Virus record (IMG/VR): IMGVR_UViG_3300031867_000002
Span: 64,001 to 128,000 of that record
Direction: 5' to 3' (one strand)
DNA: 64,000 bases
Origin: a virus
Lineage: Duplodnaviria > Caudoviricetes
Shown here: in pieces, positions 59,406 to 64,000 of the stretch
Position numbering within the stretch: position 1 is the first letter of the stretch
How the letters are laid out: the number at the start of each line of letters is the position of its first letter
The notes under the pieces: model-generated
Seen by the model: the letters and a program-made list of their open reading frames with translations, nothing else
Told to the model about the DNA's origin: nothing
Database searches by the model: none
Position numbers and translations under genes: made by a program

Positions 59406-60229
59406 TAATATTCAGCTCCTTCTTCCTCTTCATTATATTCTTCATCATTAGTATCTTGTTGTTCTGGAACTTGTTCTTGTTGAGAAACCATTATATCCGA
59501 TTCTAATAGCTTTTGAATTGCAATTCTAATCTCTGTTAGAATAGTTGGATTATTTACTACTTGACAAAATTCATCTTTAAAGATATTTCCAAAAGGTTGA
59601 ATGTTTTGATATAAGAAGTCACACATATCTCTATTATAATTAAATGACAAGAAAGTATAAAGGTCTATATCAAATCCAGACATATAATATACCACTTCTT
59701 TAATACGTGCAATTATAATAGATACTACTTGGTCATTATATGCTTTTCGTATATAATTAGAAGTACTGTCTTTAATCTTCTTATATCTATCTAATCCCAT
59801 AGCATCATAGAATTGATTTCTATTAGTATAGATATAACGAGCAAAAAAATTAATAATGTTTCTAGCATAGCCAGAAACAAAAAGGTCATATAAATTATAA
59901 GCTAGAATATAACAGTCTGGTTCATTACCAACATACTGTACATTAAAAGAAGAACAAATTTTATTGATTATATTAAGATAAGTTTCATATCTAATAGACA
60001 TAATATTATCTGCATCTGATGGGAATCTACCAAGCATATCTTTAAAGTTAATTTCATAAGAGTTAACAATATTTGGATTGGATAAAGTAGGATTATAAGC
60101 AAATCTATTCTTAATAGAGTTATCAATAACATCCATCACATATGAGTTACTAAATTGAGAGAGTAGACTAGCTACTTCTCCTTCTGCGACCATATTATAA
60201 ATCTGGTCATTTCTATACAAGTCAATCAT
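59405..60229 (-). CDS. hypothetical protein
   Basis: AAGGAG RBS; late promoter at 60257-60268. Confidence 0.65.
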   Translation of the reverse strand: MIDLYRNDQIYNMVAEGEVASLLSQFSNSYVMDVIDNSIKNRFAYNPTLSNPNIVNSYEINFKDMLGRFPSDADNIMSIRYETYLNIINKICSSFNVQYVGNEPDCYILAYNLYDLFVSGYARNIINFFARYIYTNRNQFYDAMGLDRYKKIKDSTSNYIRKAYNDQVVSIIIARIKEVVYYMSGFDIDLYTFLSFNYNRDMCDFLYQNIQPFGNIFKDEFCQVVNNPTILTEIRIAIQKLLESDIMVSQQEQVPEQQDTNDEEYNEEEEGAEY

Positions 60230-60336
60230 GAGAGACACACTCCTTTATATAAATATTACTAAATTGTTAAATTATGTGTTGAGTACAAAAAAGAAGGGCT
60301 GGAGTAGAGCAGCCCTTCTAAAGCAATAGTTATTTA

Positions 60337-61512
60337 TTACTGCATCTTATTTTTTAAAAGAATAGTTTTGTCATATAAATAGACCCAGAATTTCGGGTCT
60401 TTCATTGCTGCATTTGGATTCCAGATAGAATAGTATGTCAGTGCATATTTGATTAATTGCGGGCCTATTTGTTGGAATATAAGTCTTGGGTCGGTAATGA
60501 AATACCAGAACCCATATTTATCTTTTTCCAGAAAGATTCTTATAGGTGAAATTATTGCGTATATCAAAGATGTCGGAATATAGCCTGGTAAAGACTCATT
60601 GGAAAAAGTAGTCTTTTGCTTTTTGTCTTTGTCAATATCATTTAATATTGTTTTTGTTTTGTCAGGAAGTGTTACAGACAAACTTTTATAGCGCCCTACT
60701 TTATTGTAAAGTGTGACAAAGTTGCGTTCGGTATAATCAAATAAATTGATTATGTCGGTAATAACATTCTTGAGGGCATAGTATGGATTTTCGGGAGTTT
60801 CACCATATTTCTCATACATTTTTGCATAATCTAATTGGGTGTGCCTTGCGGAGTTGTAACTGTCTGTCGGGGCCTTTTCACATATATCCCCATGGCCCCA
60901 TCTATCAGGGTCGAAGGAATTTAATAACCCTATTATTCTAGTGCAGAGAATTCTTTTCTTTGAATTCTCTTCCCATTTAATATCAAAGTAGTAGGGTTCA
61001 TTTAATATTTCCTTCTTAATGAAATCAAAATAACCTCTAAGGTTATTAAGAGACATCTCCTTAACTTTTTCTGTCGTATTAAAAGTCTCAGAGATTTTAT
61101 TAGCGAGAGCCACAGCACCCTTACCATAGATAACTTTTGCCATTATTTTGGCATTAGAATCTTTATTTCTTAACGCCACGGTAAATGAATGTCCGCCGTC
61201 AACCAATCCCTGTGTCTTATCAGTAAAGACAAATGTGACATCACCTCCTTTACTATAGATACAGTCATCACAAACTATCGTCAAACCTCTATTCAGCACC
61301 TCAAAGAGCTCAGGCTCTTCTTGAATTGTCGTTTCAATCTTCTTCGTGGTGCTACCTTCATGAAATGAGCGGGGATTTGCCTCTCTGGGCAAAAACTTAA
61401 GCTCAGAAACTTTGATACGCATTATTGCGGTATCTACTTCGCCAATACCTTCGATATTTGTTCTGAAGGCAGGAATCATTTCTGCTTTAATGGTGATATT
61501 TGTAGTTTTCAT
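60337..61512 (-). CDS. AIPR-like (ParB-superfamily) protein, early cassette
   Basis: ANPR...I..TI..EPE.F..LNRGLTI...GLVDGGHS...IS...NT matches the AIPR core; early promoter at 61614-61628. Confidence 0.7.
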   Translation of the reverse strand: MKTTNITIKAEMIPAFRTNIEGIGEVDTAIMRIKVSELKFLPREANPRSFHEGSTTKKIETTIQEEPELFEVLNRGLTIVCDDCIYSKGGDVTFVFTDKTQGLVDGGHSFTVALRNKDSNAKIMAKVIYGKGAVALANKISETFNTTEKVKEMSLNNLRGYFDFIKKEILNEPYYFDIKWEENSKKRILCTRIIGLLNSFDPDRWGHGDICEKAPTDSYNSARHTQLDYAKMYEKYGETPENPYYALKNVITDIINLFDYTERNFVTLYNKVGRYKSLSVTLPDKTKTILNDIDKDKKQKTTFSNESLPGYIPTSLIYAIISPIRIFLEKDKYGFWYFITDPRLIFQQIGPQLIKYALTYYSIWNPNAAMKDPKFWVYLYDKTILLKNKMQ

Positions 61513-61614
61513 AATTATACCTCATAGGTACTGCTCTTGGACCATAATAAATTTAATATAGTGCCTCTATGGGCTAGCGGTCCTCCACAGGATAGGGTTT
61601 ATGACTCCACTATC
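61513..61614 (-). ncRNA. structured 5' leader of AIPR-like cassette
   Basis: ATAGTG/CACTAT stem at +1, CTGTGG/CCATAG, loop GGACC complementary to downstream GGTCC, and GTACCT/AGGTAT over the SD. Confidence 0.45.
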
Positions 61615-61634
61615 ACAATAATAATATATAATAC

Positions 61635-61670
61635 AAAAAAAGAAGACTGACATATAGTCAGTCTTCTTTT
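61635..61670. terminator. intrinsic terminator
   Basis: AAAAGAAGACTGAC-loop-GTCAGTCTTCTTTT. Confidence 0.85.
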
Positions 61671-61677
61671 ATAATGC

Positions 61678-63030
61678 TTAATCTTCAAGATTATTGACAT
61701 TGAAGATGATAATCATGCTACCAGGTTCGGTAATATAATCTGAATCATCTTCAACTTTGAAATTATCAGGATTATACTTGTAGTCTGCATTTTTAGGTGT
61801 AGGAAGAGTTCCATTAAATACGAACGTACCGAAGTTATCTGAGATTTCAGATTTCTTTACTTTGTCAGTAAAGCATAAACGCTTATGTTCGTTTATATAG
61901 AGCTTGATAGGTTTCATATCTTCAGTTCTAAACTCGGCAATATAGTCGATATACTTAAGGATAATGAAGCCTACCTTTGTCTTCCATGCTTTTTCAATAC
62001 CAATCTCATCGGCTTTCTCATTAAACTCTTTTACAAGCTTTCTGAGATTATAATTGTAATTGGTAATAAGGTCATCTTTAAAAGCGTCATGAGAAGCAAT
62101 TTTATAGTCAATCTTGTCACTCATCTTGGTGATTAAATCCATTTCTACATCATACTTATACTCTGGATTATCATTTCTATAATCTTCTACTGCAATTAAA
62201 TAGCTACTGATATAAGGCTTCTTCTCAGTTGTCATTACAGGTTTATCGAAAATGAATTCAGGCTTAATCTTAAGAGTGGCTTCATCTTTATTATTCAAAA
62301 CAGATGGGTTTTTGATTCTAACATCAGTGTTCATAGCTTTAATTCCATCCGAAATAACGATACAATATTCACGATAATCCTTTCTACCATTATCAATAGA
62401 ATGGAGTGTATGAACAAGTATCCATTTAGAATCTTCGTTAGGTGAGATATAAATATATTTGTTATACTTATTAATGAACTGAATCATTGTCACCATCTGT
62501 CGATATGCTACAAATTTCTCAGGGTCTTCATTAAACTTAATCTTAAGTTTATTCAGACAGCTAAGCATATCAGCTTTAGTATCAAGAATATATCTTTTAA
62601 ATCCATTACAATTCATATCCTTTTTATTGATGAGTACAATTGTATCATCAGGATAAGAACAAATGTGAGTAATGTCTACCATATCGGTATTAATTACATC
62701 GGGTTCAATTCTATAATCAGATTTGATAAGATAATGTGGGAAATAATAGATTACTCCATATTTCTTATCCTTATCTTTCTCATCTACATGAGGTTTGAAA
62801 CAGTCTGGATGAGGTGTAAGTGAACAAGTATACTTGTCAACTTTCTCACAAGTAGCATCAAAAGGTCTCAAAGTACTCAAAGTACCATTTTTGATATATC
62901 TGTTTACATATTCTTCATGAGTTGTATTTACATATTCAACTCCGAGAATTTCCTTAAAATTAATTTTGTTTGTGTTATTCATAGTAACATCTCCATTTTC
63001 GTTTTCATTTAAATACTTATTGTCTTTCAT
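61678..63030 (-). CDS. hypothetical protein with apparent internal duplication
   Basis: AAAGGAG RBS before ATG 63030; DYR...L.KL...FNE...YI pattern occurs twice. Confidence 0.6.
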   Translation of the reverse strand: MKDNKYLNENENGDVTMNNTNKINFKEILGVEYVNTTHEEYVNRYIKNGTLSTLRPFDATCEKVDKYTCSLTPHPDCFKPHVDEKDKDKKYGVIYYFPHYLIKSDYRIEPDVINTDMVDITHICSYPDDTIVLINKKDMNCNGFKRYILDTKADMLSCLNKLKIKFNEDPEKFVAYRQMVTMIQFINKYNKYIYISPNEDSKWILVHTLHSIDNGRKDYREYCIVISDGIKAMNTDVRIKNPSVLNNKDEATLKIKPEFIFDKPVMTTEKKPYISSYLIAVEDYRNDNPEYKYDVEMDLITKMSDKIDYKIASHDAFKDDLITNYNYNLRKLVKEFNEKADEIGIEKAWKTKVGFIILKYIDYIAEFRTEDMKPIKLYINEHKRLCFTDKVKKSEISDNFGTFVFNGTLPTPKNADYKYNPDNFKVEDDSDYITEPGSMIIIFNVNNLED

Positions 63031-63105
63031 TGTAAAGACTCCTTTCAAATTATAAGATTTTATAAAAAGGTTGGAGACATGTTAGTCTCCAACCTAGTTA
63101 ACAAA

Positions 63106-64000
63106 TTAGTCATTGTTTCCATTGCTCATCTTTAACAGTAAAGAAGATGATGCTTTATATAAGTCTTCCCAGAGAGAAATATTATCGGCTGTCTGAGCAG
63201 GAATATGATTATTATTATTGATATAATATTTTCTAAAGACTATATCAACAAATTCAACTCCATACTCTTCTATAAATTCTCTCGGGTCACGTTTCCATCT
63301 GTAGAATCCGTCTTCTCCAATCTCTACAAGTGGACGTAACGTAACCAATAAAGTGAATATCATTGTTCTTGGAGAATAAGAAATTTTCTTCTCGCTATTA
63401 AACAATGTCTCACCAGGATTTATTGCGTCAAATCTTTGAGGTTTCTTGCCAGAGCCTCTCAGTAAAGAACCCCATTCAATATGAGCTTGTGCTGCATAAA
63501 TAGGCATGTTCTTTTCATACAATTCATAGCAATCGAATATATCAAGAATGATATTTCTCATTGCATAGTATGGATTTTGTATTGTTTTTCCATACTTCTT
63601 ATAAAGTGCAGTATAATGGTCTACTCTAGATTTTTTGGTATTAATACCTTTAGACTGGAATTCACCATCTTTATTCTTAAACTTACTCATATCAAACGTA
63701 TTGAGCATCTTAAGAATTTTTGCTATAGAAAGTTCTGCTTCAGCATTACCTTCATAGATAACTCTAAAAGCATAGGGTTGTCCTTCCCATACTTCTTTGA
63801 GCATTTCATATTCACCTCTGTGCTCTGCAATTGCTTCTGCTGATACTGAACGAGCAGTATTTCTTGCAATGCTTATGAGAAGTGCATATTTTCTTCTTGC
63901 ATCTTCATCGCCCCAATCAAACTCGATAGGAACATACATAACTCCCTTTGGAAGTTTATTAATATAATTCATGATGCAACGATATGTGTGTCCGCCATCT
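63106..64000 (-). CDS. second AIPR-like protein (5' end outside the window)
   Basis: The frame is open to the window edge and reads DGGHTYRCI before the track's Met. The C-terminal part aligns with 60337-61512 (KYG....NPYYA..N.I.DI; GF.....DPR). Confidence 0.7.
   Translation of the reverse strand, partial: DGGHTYRCIMNYINKLPKGVMYVPIEFDWGDEDARRKYALLISIARNTARSVSAEAIAEHRGEYEMLKEVWEGQPYAFRVIYEGNAEAELSIAKILKMLNTFDMSKFKNKDGEFQSKGINTKKSRVDHYTALYKKYGKTIQNPYYAMRNIILDIFDCYELYEKNMPIYAAQAHIEWGSLLRGSGKKPQRFDAINPGETLFNSEKKISYSPRTMIFTLLVTLRPLVEIGEDGFYRWKRDPREFIEEYGVEFVDIVFRKYYINNNNHIPAQTADNISLWEDLYKASSSLLLKMSNGNND

Noticed and set aside
765-63843. Many 60-170-aa ORFs in the track lying antisense to or inside long genes (e.g. 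765-1028, 23559-24032, 37267-37761, 50197-50706)
   Set aside because: They lack RBSs, have Ile/Phe-rich shadow-frame composition and are fully overlapped by better-supported genes.
1-64000. CRISPR array, tRNA or rRNA genes
   Set aside because: No regularly spaced repeats or cloverleaf/T-loop signatures were seen. The PD-(D/E)XK nuclease is a solo phage exonuclease.
1-64000. Stop-codon reassignment as in some gut jumbo phages
   Set aside because: The standard code gives long intact ORFs and near-complete coding density, and TAG and TGA both serve as real stops.

Overview
This is an AT-rich, densely coding 64-kb segment of a jumbo phage of the phiKZ/AR9(PBS1)-like type. The host is most likely an anaerobic Firmicute (AGGAGG ribosome-binding sites, GH25 lysin, NrdG, BspA-type leucine-rich repeats). 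Recognisable genes include two halves of a split multisubunit RNA polymerase beta' subunit, the large terminase, a GroEL-like chaperonin, an SbcD/Mre11 nuclease, a PD-(D/E)XK exonuclease, NrdG, an RlmN-like radical SAM enzyme, an HNH endonuclease, a GH25+M15 endolysin and large virion proteins. There are also a MazF-like protein, a kinase-like protein, a Tad2-like protein and two AIPR-like paralogs. Two promoter classes can be read from the intergenic DNA: AAC(A/T)-N6-TA (22 copies, AR9 late type) and TATAT(T/A)AT-N6-G (10 copies, early type). The early type drives stand-alone cassettes with structured 5' leaders, and one leader is duplicated 29 kb apart with compensatory base changes. The most novel candidate system lies at 9.4-12.9 kb. 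A 1771-aa virion protein stops in the middle of a BspA leucine-rich repeat, and two tandem adhesin+adaptor cassettes each carry the in-register missing LRR half plus GYP repeats. This suggests a swappable receptor-binding complex assembled by split-domain complementation. All protein calls are from motif recognition by eye; no searches were run.
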